A stretch of 64,000 bases of DNA, taken from assembly GCA_041674765.1 (NCBI GenBank), contig JBAYVE010000003.1:2040-66039 (forward strand), in the 5' to 3' direction. Shown piece by piece: positions 29,047 through 39,891 of the stretch. Every line of letters begins with the position of its first letter. Position 1 is the stretch's first letter. The DNA is from Patescibacteria group bacterium. Lineage in GTDB: Bacteria > Patescibacteriota > UBA1384 > XYA2-FULL-43-10 > 1-14-0-10-43-13. The position numbers were made by a program, and so were the translations under genes. The notes beneath the pieces are model-generated. The model was not told the DNA's origin. It saw only the letters and a list, made by a program, of their open reading frames with translations, and did not search any database.

Positions 29047-30822
29047 ATGACTAACAACAAACAAAAACTTGAACTAACATGGATCGGTAAAAATAATCCT
29101 GAGTATGATATCTCCAATATTGAGCCAAGAATATTGGAAGAAAATTCTGAACTTTCCAATTGCACGAATGATCCAAATACCGAAAACATGCTTATCCATG
29201 GCGATAACCTTTTGGCTCTCAAGGCGCTTCTCCCTGAATACGAAGGCAAGGTGAAGTGTATATACATTGATCCACCATACAACACTGGCAATGCTTTTGA
29301 ACATTATGACGATAGTGTTGAGCATAGCACATGGCTGTCGCTAATGAAGCCAAGATTGGAGTTACTAAAAATGCTTTTAAGGGAAGATGGTATTTTGTGT
29401 GTTCAGATAAATGATGAAGAACAAGCGTATTTAAAAGTTTTGCTTGATGAGATTTTTGGACGATCAAATTTAATTAATCAAGTAAGTGTAAAAATGAAAC
29501 AAACCTCCGGGGCAAGCGGAGGAGGTGAAGATAAACGCCTCAAGAAAAATATTGAGTTCATTTTAAATTACGCCAAGAATTACCAGGTATTCCCTAAGTT
29601 TAATGAGGTACTTGAAGAGGAAAATCTTTTTGAATTGATAAATGAAATGAGAGAAGAAGGTAAGAGCTGGAAATATACCAGAGTTATTATGTCTAGGGGG
29701 GATCGTTCATTTTTCTGTGAAGTCAAAGATGGTTCAGGGATGCCCATTAAGATTTATAAACATACTGATGTAAAGATAAATACCATTCCTGAATTAATGA
29801 AAAATGATGGACTAACCGAAGAGGAAACATATTTTAAATACTTCGACAACATATTCAGGGATACCAATGCTCAAAGCTCAATTAGAGCAAGAGTGATGGA
29901 AGCTACAAAAGGTGAAGGAGATTTCTTTAGTATTGAATATGTTCCTCGTTCTGGTAAGTCAAAAGGTCAGATTACTACATCGTTCTACAAAGGTAATAAC
30001 AGGGATTTGATTGCTTGGTTAAAAGATGTAGCAGTAAAGAAAAAAAATTCAATTGTAAAACTGGAAAAACTTGGAACATATTGGGATGGATTTCCATTAA
30101 ACAATTTAACCAAGGAGGGAGGGGTGCTATTCCCTAACGGCAAAAAACCAGAAGCACTAATTCAAAGAATATTAGAATTAACAACTCAAAAGGACGACTT
30201 GGTTATAGACTCCTTTCTCGGTTCTGGTACGACTGTTGCAGTAGCGCATAAGATGGGGCGAAAATATATAGGAATTGAAATGGGCAATCATGCTTATACC
30301 CACTGCAAAGTTCGACTTGATAAAGTAGTTGACGGTTCAGATCAAGGTGGTGTAAGCAAGGTGGTAGATTGGCGTGGCGGCGGAGCTTACAAATTTTATG
30401 AATTAGCGCCAAGTTTTATTATGAAAGATGAATTCGGTAATCCAGTAATTGATATTTTTTATAATGATGCAAAACTTGTTAAGGCTATGTGCAAGCTTAT
30501 GAATTTTACATATCAACCAAGCTCAACTGAATATTGGAAACACGGAATAGGCCAAGGCAAAAATTACTTATATGTTACAACTCAGCTTTTAACTAGCGGA
30601 ATGATTCAACAAATTGCTGCCCACCTTGCTGAAGGAGAGTCACTTATTGTCTGTCCTAAAAAGTTTGAGCCGGGTGCAGATAAAATTGATGACCGAATCA
30701 CGATCAAGAAGATACCACAGTCTATACTGAAAGCTTGCCATTTTGGAAAAAAGGAATATCTATTACCTATTAAAGAATCTGCTATAGAAGAAAATGAGTC
30801 AGAAGAAGAGGAGGTTGAATAA
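29047..30822 (+). CDS. mod: Type III RM Mod subunit (N6-adenine DNA methyltransferase)
   Basis: GDNLLALK, IDPPYN, FLGSGTT. Confidence 0.9.
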   Translation: MTNNKQKLELTWIGKNNPEYDISNIEPRILEENSELSNCTNDPNTENMLIHGDNLLALKALLPEYEGKVKCIYIDPPYNTGNAFEHYDDSVEHSTWLSLMKPRLELLKMLLREDGILCVQINDEEQAYLKVLLDEIFGRSNLINQVSVKMKQTSGASGGGEDKRLKKNIEFILNYAKNYQVFPKFNEVLEEENLFELINEMREEGKSWKYTRVIMSRGDRSFFCEVKDGSGMPIKIYKHTDVKINTIPELMKNDGLTEEETYFKYFDNIFRDTNAQSSIRARVMEATKGEGDFFSIEYVPRSGKSKGQITTSFYKGNNRDLIAWLKDVAVKKKNSIVKLEKLGTYWDGFPLNNLTKEGGVLFPNGKKPEALIQRILELTTQKDDLVIDSFLGSGTTVAVAHKMGRKYIGIEMGNHAYTHCKVRLDKVVDGSDQGGVSKVVDWRGGGAYKFYELAPSFIMKDEFGNPVIDIFYNDAKLVKAMCKLMNFTYQPSSTEYWKHGIGQGKNYLYVTTQLLTSGMIQQIAAHLAEGESLIVCPKKFEPGADKIDDRITIKKIPQSILKACHFGKKEYLLPIKESAIEENESEEEEVE

Positions 30823-30823
30823 T

Positions 30824-33673
30824 ATGAAACCAGATCAAGCATTGAAATATCTGAATGGTGCAATGAGTCTGAGAGAGCCACAGACAAAAAGCCTAGAACT
30901 TTTCGCCCGTTACCTAGAGTCATCTGCCGGCCAGAAGCTACTCGCACGGATGAAGTATAAAAATAAGGATGATATTACTAACCTATTGTCCGAAAGCAAA
31001 GACTACTTCAGCGCTATTCCTGAAGCACGAGAATTTGATGAATTTGAACGTGCCTTTCCGGCATATACTTTTGCACTCGCAACAGGCGTAGGAAAGACGA
31101 GACTTATGGGAGCTTTCGTCGCTTATCTGTATCTGGTTTATAATATTCAGCATTTTCTTATTGTTGCTCCCAACCTCACAATTTACCGGAAGCTCTTTGA
31201 TGATTTTAGTAAATCTAATAATCCGAAATATGTCTTCAAGGGTATTCAAGAGATAAATACAAACACGGCTAAAGTCATCACTACAGATAACTATACTCAG
31301 CAACGAAACGCTTCACTTTTCGGCAATCAAATTGAAATCAATATTTTTAATGTCCAACAATTTGCTCAAAAAGATATGACAAATGAGCGCGGAATTACTA
31401 AAGCATGGGAGACTGCAGGAGAGTCATACTTTGACTATCTAAAAGAACACGATGATTTGGTAGTAATGCTCGATGAAGCTCATCACTATCATGCAGACGC
31501 AGCTTTGGGCGCATTAGATATACTCAATCCTCTTTTTGGGTTAGAGATGACCGCAACTCCATACTTGGGCACCCAAGGAAATGGCGGCGGAAATGCACGC
31601 CAAATTAGAATGAAAAATGTTTTGTATTCCTATAATCTTGGTGATGCTATTCGTGGCAAACTAGTAAAAGACCCATGGGTCGGCACCGAGGCCGATGTCG
31701 ATTTTAGTCAGTTTGCGGCCGATTCCATAGAGACAGATGCACGGAAACTTCAACTTGCTGCCTTTTTTCATGAACGAGCTAAAGTTGCCTTAAAAGAATA
31801 TGCACTGGAAAATAACATGCCAGTCGTGAAGCCAGTTATGCTCGTAGTAGCAAAAGATACAACTCATGCCGGTGAATTACGAGCCTTGATAGATAGCGAT
31901 GATTTTCGCAGAGGAGAATTCAAAGGTAAAGTAATTGAGATACACACAAAACTCCGAGGAGACGAGGCTGATGATAATATTGAAAAGTTAATCTCTCTAG
32001 AACATCCCGATAATCTAGTCGAGATCGTTATCCATGTAAACATGCTTAAAGAGGGCTGGGATGTGACAAATGTTTACACTATTGTGCCTTTGCGCGAAGC
32101 TGCTGCCATGATTCTTACGGAACAAACGATCGGCCGTGGTTTGCGATTACCATACGGGGAGCGCACAGGTGTTCCGTTAGTGGACAGATTAGTGCTTGTC
32201 GCTCACGAACAATTTTCAAAGGTTGTTGCACTTGCGAAGGATTCACCGCTTATTCAAGGACAAGTAGAGCAGATTACCGGACAAGAGGTTAAAGAGATAA
32301 AAATACTCACAGAGATTCAACCAGTTGTTCTCGACACTGTCAGGGGTGAAATAGAGCACAACGAGATAGTGATGCAAGCTGTCTCAGAAAAAGTAGATGA
32401 AATTGTTTCTAAGCTTCCACAGATTGAAAGTATGGATGAATCTGTGAAGTCTAAGTTTATCGAAAATAAAAAAGAAGAAATCATCAACGACCTAGCTAAG
32501 GAAACAATTAAGAGTAATACCTTCTCTAATTTCCATGGACAAGAATCAAAAGCGCCAACAGAGCTATCGTTTGGTCCCGATACACTTTTTGGCTCGTTTA
32601 GCGCTGAGGCAAAAGACGAACTTTCTAAAATTGCCCAAGAATCCGCTAAAGTAATAGAAAAAAGAAACATCCCTATTCCCCGATTAATGCTCACCCCGCA
32701 TTTTGGCGAGCTCTTTATCGCAGACTTTGATCTTGACACTAGTATAGGAATATTGCGTACATACACAAATGAGCGTGCGATCCTCGAGGAACAGCTGCAA
32801 AACAACCCAGATCAGAATCTTTTTGGCGAAGAAGTTCCTGGCCGCAGGGTCACTGAAGTGACTAGAGTGAGTAGTTTTGGTTCTCAAAGTCGGCAGACTC
32901 CTCAGAGTACTCTTATAGCTGCTCTACTTGATTTTCCATTAGTAGATTATGACGATGTAGATCAAAAGCCTCTACTCTTGAAATTAGCGGATCAGGCAGT
33001 TGCATATTATCGCAAAAAAGCGATTGATGATGATAATTTAGCCCTGATAGTTGAAAGTAACGCGCACTCAATTGCCGGTGATATCTATAAGCAGATTTTG
33101 GCACATAAAGAGTTGCGATCAGAAAGCTATATTGAATCAGAAGTACGAGAACCCAAACCATACTTGGAGCAATACAATATCTCATTATCTTTTGGAGAAA
33201 AATCAGTTTCCCTTGATTCTCAACTGAACACTTTTAGCGCAAAGTTAGCATATGGCAACTTCCAAAAGGCATGTCATGCGATGTACCGCTTTGATTCTTC
33301 TGATGAAGTTCGTTTAGCCTATCTTCTCGATAATGATCAATCCATAGAAGATTGGCTTCGTCCGGCTCCAAATCAGTTTGAGGGTCTGTATTGGCGTGAT
33401 TCAGAAGGTAGATCCGATCACCGCTATGAACCAGATTTTGTCGTTGAACTCGAGAAAGAAATAGTGATGATTGAGGTAAAGCCTGACGCTGAAATCAGCA
33501 CGCCCGATGTACAAGCAAAGAAACAGACTGCTGAAAAATACTGTGATGTAGTGAATAGAAATATTGGCAAGTTTGGAATCGTAAAATCATGGCGTTATAT
33601 AATTGCTCCGACCAGTAGAATAACAATCCACTCAACAATCGATGGACTACTAAAAGACCAAAGTTCAATTTAG
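30824..33673 (+). CDS. res: Type III RM Res subunit
   Basis: ATGVGKT, DEAHH, MTATP, EGWD, EQTIGRGLR, C-terminal YEPDF...IEVK nuclease; GAGG RBS supports start at 30824. Confidence 0.88.
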   Translation: MKPDQALKYLNGAMSLREPQTKSLELFARYLESSAGQKLLARMKYKNKDDITNLLSESKDYFSAIPEAREFDEFERAFPAYTFALATGVGKTRLMGAFVAYLYLVYNIQHFLIVAPNLTIYRKLFDDFSKSNNPKYVFKGIQEINTNTAKVITTDNYTQQRNASLFGNQIEINIFNVQQFAQKDMTNERGITKAWETAGESYFDYLKEHDDLVVMLDEAHHYHADAALGALDILNPLFGLEMTATPYLGTQGNGGGNARQIRMKNVLYSYNLGDAIRGKLVKDPWVGTEADVDFSQFAADSIETDARKLQLAAFFHERAKVALKEYALENNMPVVKPVMLVVAKDTTHAGELRALIDSDDFRRGEFKGKVIEIHTKLRGDEADDNIEKLISLEHPDNLVEIVIHVNMLKEGWDVTNVYTIVPLREAAAMILTEQTIGRGLRLPYGERTGVPLVDRLVLVAHEQFSKVVALAKDSPLIQGQVEQITGQEVKEIKILTEIQPVVLDTVRGEIEHNEIVMQAVSEKVDEIVSKLPQIESMDESVKSKFIENKKEEIINDLAKETIKSNTFSNFHGQESKAPTELSFGPDTLFGSFSAEAKDELSKIAQESAKVIEKRNIPIPRLMLTPHFGELFIADFDLDTSIGILRTYTNERAILEEQLQNNPDQNLFGEEVPGRRVTEVTRVSSFGSQSRQTPQSTLIAALLDFPLVDYDDVDQKPLLLKLADQAVAYYRKKAIDDDNLALIVESNAHSIAGDIYKQILAHKELRSESYIESEVREPKPYLEQYNISLSFGEKSVSLDSQLNTFSAKLAYGNFQKACHAMYRFDSSDEVRLAYLLDNDQSIEDWLRPAPNQFEGLYWRDSEGRSDHRYEPDFVVELEKEIVMIEVKPDAEISTPDVQAKKQTAEKYCDVVNRNIGKFGIVKSWRYIIAPTSRITIHSTIDGLLKDQSSI

Positions 33674-33683
33674 GAGTTTTTAT

Positions 33684-34001
33684 ATGAGTGAAACAGTAGT
33701 AGAAGGTGAATCCGATGATGAAGAGGAAGACGACTATTGGCCAAAAACTAAAGATGAGGCTATAGAATCATTCATGTGTTTAGATTTTACCGATAGAGAT
33801 TTTGAGATTATTGAGGAATGTGCCAAGAAAAATATTGATAAGATTCTGCCTGATTTTGAGGAATCAATAAGATTGGCCTGTGGGTTTGATTCTGGAAATA
33901 AAAAATTATTAGAAGTATGCGGTGATGCAAACATGGACCCACATGATGCTTCACGAGTTATAATGCTCGCAATTTGGGATTACTTTCATTTCACGCAATA
34001 A
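33684..34001 (+). CDS. Acidic hypothetical protein
   Basis: AGGAG RBS; in-operon ORF. Confidence 0.6.
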   Translation: MSETVVEGESDDEEEDDYWPKTKDEAIESFMCLDFTDRDFEIIEECAKKNIDKILPDFEESIRLACGFDSGNKKLLEVCGDANMDPHDASRVIMLAIWDYFHFTQ

Positions 34002-34009
34002 GGATCAAA

Positions 34010-34249
34010 ATGACAGAAAATATGATGGAAAAGATCAATAAATCAAGGAATAAGAATTATAAATACAGAGTAGAAGAATGTGACTGCTATTCTTCTCATA
34101 TTGATCATGACGATATGGCACTTATCAATGATTTGGATATAGCAAAATTAATCGCCGACAAACTGCAACAGAGTGCAAAATCATATCAGGACTATACTGT
34201 TTTTGATGATGAAGGAAAAATGATTTACTCGGCAAAATATAAGAAATAG
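34010..34249 (+). CDS. Hypothetical protein
   Basis: AAGGA RBS before ATG 34010; co-oriented with neighbours. Confidence 0.5.
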   Translation: MTENMMEKINKSRNKNYKYRVEECDCYSSHIDHDDMALINDLDIAKLIADKLQQSAKSYQDYTVFDDEGKMIYSAKYKK

Positions 34250-34258
34250 AGAGGTTGA

Positions 34259-34579
34259 ATGGATAAAGAATTAGAGAAAAAACTTGATTCTATAACTGCT
34301 GAGTTATCTAGAGTTAACGGCGTTTTAGAAAGAATAAATGAGCAAGTATATGGAAAGTATTATTCTGAGACACCAGAAGGAAGCTTTGATGTGCTTTTGG
34401 ATGATGCCAAAAAGCTAGCAGAAGAGGCCGGTTATGTCTCTCCTGGACTATTCCAACGCAAATTTAGGATTGGGTATGCTCGTTCTGCTTCATTACTTGA
34501 TTTATTAATTGAGAAAAAAATTGTTGAGCCACGGGACGGCGCAAAACCATGTAAATATATTATGGGCCAGGAAGAATAA
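34259..34579 (+). CDS. Stand-alone FtsK gamma (winged-helix) domain protein
   Basis: VSPGLFQRKFRIGYARSASLLDLL...IVEP. Confidence 0.75.
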   Translation: MDKELEKKLDSITAELSRVNGVLERINEQVYGKYYSETPEGSFDVLLDDAKKLAEEAGYVSPGLFQRKFRIGYARSASLLDLLIEKKIVEPRDGAKPCKYIMGQEE

Positions 34580-34581
34580 AT

Positions 34582-37500
34582 ATGGAAATGATACTTTCTA
34601 CAAAAATTAAACTTCCTGAAAACAATGTTGAAATTAAGAAGATTGGGAAGAATAAGATCTTTCAGATTGCTCAAAGGGAAGAAATTATTGATGTGAAAGT
34701 CTATCAGTTCAGGCAAAATGTTTACCTTCTTAGAGACAAGGTCGGAAGAGAATATTATCTCAGAAAATTTAATTCACGAGAATCTCTAGTTGGTAATAAC
34801 ATCCTAAGGCTAAAGGAATCTATAGATATTTTAAATTTAGATGTAGACAGCAAGCTTTTATGGCAAAAGCATTCACTGTTTACCGATATTAGAATACCTG
34901 AGGACATAATTAGTACTTGGAAAAATTCATTTTCATTTAGACTTGGTGATGATTTAAATCCTGGCTTACGCAAGCCTCAACTGGGGGCAATACATTCCAT
35001 AGCTTCACATTGGTCTGTTAATAAAGACTGTGGAACCATTGTTATGCCAACTGGCACAGGAAAAACGGAAACAATGCTTTCCAGTTTGGTTTATCAGCAA
35101 TGTCAGAAGATTTTAGTTTTGGTTCCAAGCAAAGCGCTAAGATCGCAAGTTTCTAAAAAGTTTCTTTCATTAGGCTGTTTACGTGAAATTGGAGTTCTAA
35201 ACTATCAGGCATTAAATCCAAGAGTCGCGGTGATTGAACATGGGGTAAAAGATATATTAGAAGCAATTGATCTGCTTAATAATGCAAACGTTATTGTCAC
35301 AACCACTGCAGCTCTGAATAAGTTTCCGGACGACATAAAACAAGAAATTGCAAAAGGATGCACTCATCTTTTTATTGATGAAGCCCACCATGTACCGGCA
35401 CAAACTTGGAGTGACATTAAAGGACTTTTTTCTGATAAAAAAATACTGCAATTTACTGCCACTCCGTTCCGAAGGGACGGAAAAGAAATTGACGGGAAAA
35501 TTATCTTTAATTATCCATTGGGAATGGCTCAGAAGGATGAATATTTTAAAAGTATCAACTTAATCGAAATTCAAGAATTTGATGATACAAAAGCAGACGA
35601 AAGGATAGCTGAATCGGCGATTGCTGTCTTGAAAAAAGACTTATCAAGGAGCAGAAAAAAAGATCATATATTAATGGCTCGGTGCAAGGATAAAACGAGA
35701 GCAAAAGAGATTGTTAAGATATATGAAAGATTAGCTACTGAATACAATCCAATTATTATAGATTCAAGCTTATCGGATAGACAATATAAGGATTCAATTG
35801 AAAAAATTGAACAAAGAAAATCTAGGATTATTGTTTGCGTAAACATGCTTGGGGAGGGGTATGATTTGCCAAATTTGAAAATTGCCGCAATCCATGACAC
35901 ACATAAAAGCTTGGCTATTACACTCCAGTTCATCGGACGTTTTACGCGTATATCTGGCAATAAAGTTGGCGATGCTACTGCAATAATCAATATTAGTGAT
36001 CCTCAAGTAAACAAAGAACTGGAAGAACTTTATGCTCAAGGTGCCGATTGGAACAGTCTACTGAGGCAAAAAAGTGAATCTGTAATACAAAAAGAAATAG
36101 ATTTTCAGGACTTTATTAATGGTTTCTCTGGAGAGCTTTCAAAACATCTCTCTCTTTGGAACCTAAGGCCTGCTTTCTCAACCCTTGTTTACGAGACAAA
36201 GTGTAAAAATTGGCATCCTAAAAAATTTATTGAGGCTATCCCCAAAAATTATCAGTACCTCCACGCGATTAATGAACGTGAAAAAATATTGGTCATATTG
36301 ATCAGCAAAGATGATGAAGTGACTTGGGGTAAGTACAAGAATATCAGAAACCACAATTTTGAGCTTTGTGTAGCTCATTGGGATGAAAAGCATAATGCAC
36401 TATTTCTTCAGTGCAGTGATTATGATGCACTCAATTGTACAAAGTTGTCAAAATTAATTTGTGGCGATCAAGCAAAATTAAAAAACGGCCAAAAAGTGTT
36501 TAATATATTTTCTGGAGTCGAGCGAGTTCTGGCTAGAAATCTAGGCGTTTCTACGATAGGAACGATCTCGTATACTATGCATTTCGGAAGTGATATAACA
36601 ACCGGACTTTCTAAGCTTGACAAGTCAGTTGGTGTCTTGAATAACATTTTTGGCTGGGGTTACGAGGAAGGCGTTAGAGTAGCTGAAGGATGCTCGGCAA
36701 AGCGTGGCAAAATATGGGCCATAGGTGGCGGCCCTATAACATCATGGAAAAAATGGTGCCTTAAAATCGCGGATAAAATATTCGATAATAAGATTAAAGA
36801 AAATAAAATAATTCAGGATTTTCTGAGACCGCAGGAATTGACAACAAGATATCGGTCAATCCCATTGTTGGCACAATGGAGTGAAAATATTTTAGTGACA
36901 CCAGAAGAAAATGTTTTTGTTTATTTTGGCAATAAGGAATACAAACTACATGATATTGACCTAGAGATTACCGATCATAGCCAGTCAGGCCCTATATTTT
37001 TTAAGATTATCTCTGAAACAGAGTCGTCGACTTATAAAATCTCTTTTTTCAGGACTAGGTGTAAATATTCACTTGTTGATGGTCAGGAGATCAGGTTAAG
37101 GAGAAATAATGGGGAGCCCATCTCTCTCGTCGATTATATGGAGCAAGATCCAATAACTGTAATTTATTCTGACGGCTCGTTCTCATATAATAATTTTCAT
37201 GTTCCCACACCTAAACTTAATACCTTTTTTAGTAAGGAAAAAATAATTTCTTTTGACTGGACTGGAACAAATATTAAAGCAGAGTCGATGGGTAAAGAGA
37301 ATAAAACTGAAAGTATACAGTACAAGATGTCCGAATATTTAAAGGACGATTATGAAATTATATTCAATGATGACTCTTCTGGCGAGGCAGGAGATTTAAT
37401 AGCAATAAGGCAGGAATCAGTAGATAGTTTTAAATTGCATCTTATCCATTGCAAATATTCATCTAACAAAAACCCAGGGGCACGAATTGATGATTTTTAT

Positions 37501-37815
37501 GCTCTCTGCGGGCAAGCACAAAAATGTATAAGATGGAAACATAATGGAATGGATTATCTTTCAAACCACATGAAAAAGAGAGATGAGACATGGCTCAATG
37601 AAGGAAAAACGAGATTCATCAAGGGAAATATAGCTGATTTAAATAAGCTAAAAAAGTTTTCCAGATTTGCAACAAATTTTATTTTTGAGGTATCTATTGT
37701 CCAGCCAGGGTTGTCGAAGGATAAGATAACTGACGATATTATGCAGCTTTTAGGTAGTACTGAAGACTATCTACTTAAAACTTCTGGGGCAAAATTTAAT
37801 GTTATCTGTTCATAA
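34582..37815 (+). CDS. SF2 (ResIII-like) helicase fused to C-terminal PD-(D/E)XK-like nuclease; probable defence protein
   Basis: MPTGTGKT, DEAHH, FTATP, QFIGRFTR; C-terminal EAGDLI...IHCKY. Confidence 0.75.
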   Translation: MEMILSTKIKLPENNVEIKKIGKNKIFQIAQREEIIDVKVYQFRQNVYLLRDKVGREYYLRKFNSRESLVGNNILRLKESIDILNLDVDSKLLWQKHSLFTDIRIPEDIISTWKNSFSFRLGDDLNPGLRKPQLGAIHSIASHWSVNKDCGTIVMPTGTGKTETMLSSLVYQQCQKILVLVPSKALRSQVSKKFLSLGCLREIGVLNYQALNPRVAVIEHGVKDILEAIDLLNNANVIVTTTAALNKFPDDIKQEIAKGCTHLFIDEAHHVPAQTWSDIKGLFSDKKILQFTATPFRRDGKEIDGKIIFNYPLGMAQKDEYFKSINLIEIQEFDDTKADERIAESAIAVLKKDLSRSRKKDHILMARCKDKTRAKEIVKIYERLATEYNPIIIDSSLSDRQYKDSIEKIEQRKSRIIVCVNMLGEGYDLPNLKIAAIHDTHKSLAITLQFIGRFTRISGNKVGDATAIINISDPQVNKELEELYAQGADWNSLLRQKSESVIQKEIDFQDFINGFSGELSKHLSLWNLRPAFSTLVYETKCKNWHPKKFIEAIPKNYQYLHAINEREKILVILISKDDEVTWGKYKNIRNHNFELCVAHWDEKHNALFLQCSDYDALNCTKLSKLICGDQAKLKNGQKVFNIFSGVERVLARNLGVSTIGTISYTMHFGSDITTGLSKLDKSVGVLNNIFGWGYEEGVRVAEGCSAKRGKIWAIGGGPITSWKKWCLKIADKIFDNKIKENKIIQDFLRPQELTTRYRSIPLLAQWSENILVTPEENVFVYFGNKEYKLHDIDLEITDHSQSGPIFFKIISETESSTYKISFFRTRCKYSLVDGQEIRLRRNNGEPISLVDYMEQDPITVIYSDGSFSYNNFHVPTPKLNTFFSKEKIISFDWTGTNIKAESMGKENKTESIQYKMSEYLKDDYEIIFNDDSSGEAGDLIAIRQESVDSFKLHLIHCKYSSNKNPGARIDDFYALCGQAQKCIRWKHNGMDYLSNHMKKRDETWLNEGKTRFIKGNIADLNKLKKFSRFATNFIFEVSIVQPGLSKDKITDDIMQLLGSTEDYLLKTSGAKFNVICS

Positions 37816-37837
37816 TAATAATAAAACTACAATAACC

Positions 37838-38386
37838 ATGATTGATTTAAATAATACAAATTGGAAAAACATTGAAAGTGGATTGTCAAAGTATCTGCAT
37901 ATTATGCATTTGTTCATGGATACAAACGTTCAAACGAATAGCGAATTTCAGCGACTCTTTAATGGATTTTACAAAATCAGACAGCGACCAAAAGAATTTT
38001 ATCAAGCATTATATGACTATCTCGAGCAGAATAAAAACAAAAAAGCATCTTTCGCTCAGACATTATCGTTTTTTTACGAAAAATTAAACCGCTTTGAACC
38101 ATCTTTTTCAAGCAAAATTGTGGCAACAATAAATCCGGGATATCCTGTGTGGGATTCCGTGGTTCTTAAACGATTGAACTTGAAATCACCAGTATATAGC
38201 TCAAACAGGGATATCAGACTTAATAAAATGAATCAGATTTATGAGGATATTATTAATTGGTACTCTATTTTCTTAACAACAGAGGAGGCGGAAAAAATGC
38301 TAATAACTTTTGATGCGAAGATGGGGTCGGTAAATATCTCCGATATTAAGAAAATCGATCTGATACTTTGGCAGACTAGGAGTTAA
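37838..38386 (+). CDS. Hypothetical protein
   Basis: Intact co-oriented ORF; FSSKIVATINP..PVWDS. Confidence 0.65.
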   Translation: MIDLNNTNWKNIESGLSKYLHIMHLFMDTNVQTNSEFQRLFNGFYKIRQRPKEFYQALYDYLEQNKNKKASFAQTLSFFYEKLNRFEPSFSSKIVATINPGYPVWDSVVLKRLNLKSPVYSSNRDIRLNKMNQIYEDIINWYSIFLTTEEAEKMLITFDAKMGSVNISDIKKIDLILWQTRS

Positions 38387-38391
38387 CAAAT

Positions 38392-39867
38392 ATGCAAATA
38401 TCAAAATCAGACTACATGCTTTTTCTTCGCCATCCGGCTTGGCTGTGGCTCAAGAAACATGACAAAGACAAATTACCGCCGGTTGATGATGATACTCAAG
38501 CGATTTTTGACGCTGGTTTTCTGTTTGAATCATATGCCGAGCAGTTATTTTCTGACACAATCAAACTGGGATTTGATGGTTATGGAGAATATTTATCCCT
38601 TACCCGAAGAACCAAAGAAGCGATTGATAGTGGGGCTAAAACAATTATACAGGCCAGATTCGAAGCTGGAGAGATTACCTGTATTTGTGATGTGCTAGTT
38701 AAAGTTGATTATAATACTTTCGATCTATATGAAATTAAATCAAGTACCAGTGCGAAACCTGAGCATCTTCCTGATTTAGCCTTTCAAAAAGAAGTCATCA
38801 CTCGAAGTGGTTACAAAGTGAATAGGATATTTGTTGTTCATGTTAATTATGAGTATGTGAAAGACGGAGAGATCAAAGCTTGTGATCTTTGCAAGAGCTG
38901 TGATGTTACAGATCAAGTGAACGAGCTTGAGGAGGCAACTCGTGAGAATATCAAAAAAGCGCTTGAGATTGTTAATCAACGAAAATGTCCCGATCTGTCA
39001 CCTAGTCACTGTAAACTTGGTGCTTTTGGCGATTGGCTTTCGATATACAAAACTCTGTCAGATATCGATGAGTATAGTATTTATCATCTGTGTTCGCCTG
39101 GAGCCCAACGAATAGGTGGTCTTGAAGAGTTAGGTATAAGACGTCTTCATGAGATCCCGGATGATTTTGCTTTAACCGAAAAACAACAGCGGCAAGTGCT
39201 GGCAACGAAGACCGACTGTGTGATTGCAGATAAAGCCAAAATCAAAGAATTCCTTACCGAACTACAGTTCCCTTTATATTTTCTCGATTATGAAACTCTT
39301 TCAAGTGTTGTGCCGTATTTTGATGGCTTGGGACCTTATAAGCAACTGCCCTTCCAATATTCTTTGCATGTTTTAGATTCCCCCGATGCCAAGATAAAAC
39401 ATTTCGAATATTTACATAGCGATAATTCGAATCCAGTCAAACCACTGACCGAAGCATTGAAATCACAAATCGGAACCGAAGGTACTGTGCTCGTCTGGTT
39501 TGAAGGCTTTGAAAAGACTTGCAACGAATTGATGGGCAAAATCATTCCGAAATACGCTGACTTTTATCAATCTATAAACGAACGAGTCGTTGATTTGATG
39601 AAACCATTCGCAGATGGCCATTATGTCCATAAAGACTTCTTTGGTAGCGCTTCAATCAAAAAAGTTTTGCCAGTGCTAATCCCTGAGTTATCATACAAAG
39701 AACTAGATATTCACGCTGGTGGTGCAGCTCAAAGACTCTGGACGGAAGCTGTCCTTGACGGAAAAAGAGCTGACGAAAAAGACAAAATTTTGAGTGACTT
39801 ACTTAAGTATTGCGAGCTTGATACTCTGGCCATGGTTAGGATTTATCAATTTCTAGCCGATTTATAA
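38392..39867 (+). CDS. DUF2779-type protein (Cas4-like PD-(D/E)XK plus RNase H-like domain)
   Basis: DVL...YEIKSST...DLAFQ; FLDYET, PFQYSLH, GSASIK, YCELDTLAM. Confidence 0.8.
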   Translation: MQISKSDYMLFLRHPAWLWLKKHDKDKLPPVDDDTQAIFDAGFLFESYAEQLFSDTIKLGFDGYGEYLSLTRRTKEAIDSGAKTIIQARFEAGEITCICDVLVKVDYNTFDLYEIKSSTSAKPEHLPDLAFQKEVITRSGYKVNRIFVVHVNYEYVKDGEIKACDLCKSCDVTDQVNELEEATRENIKKALEIVNQRKCPDLSPSHCKLGAFGDWLSIYKTLSDIDEYSIYHLCSPGAQRIGGLEELGIRRLHEIPDDFALTEKQQRQVLATKTDCVIADKAKIKEFLTELQFPLYFLDYETLSSVVPYFDGLGPYKQLPFQYSLHVLDSPDAKIKHFEYLHSDNSNPVKPLTEALKSQIGTEGTVLVWFEGFEKTCNELMGKIIPKYADFYQSINERVVDLMKPFADGHYVHKDFFGSASIKKVLPVLIPELSYKELDIHAGGAAQRLWTEAVLDGKRADEKDKILSDLLKYCELDTLAMVRIYQFLADL

Positions 39868-39891
39868 ATTGAAGAAAAGGGAGAAATATAA

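Noticed and set aside
26104-33673. DISARM or BREX system
   Set aside because: No DrmA/DrmB (DUF1998), PglZ or BrxC recognisable; Mod/Res are type III-like
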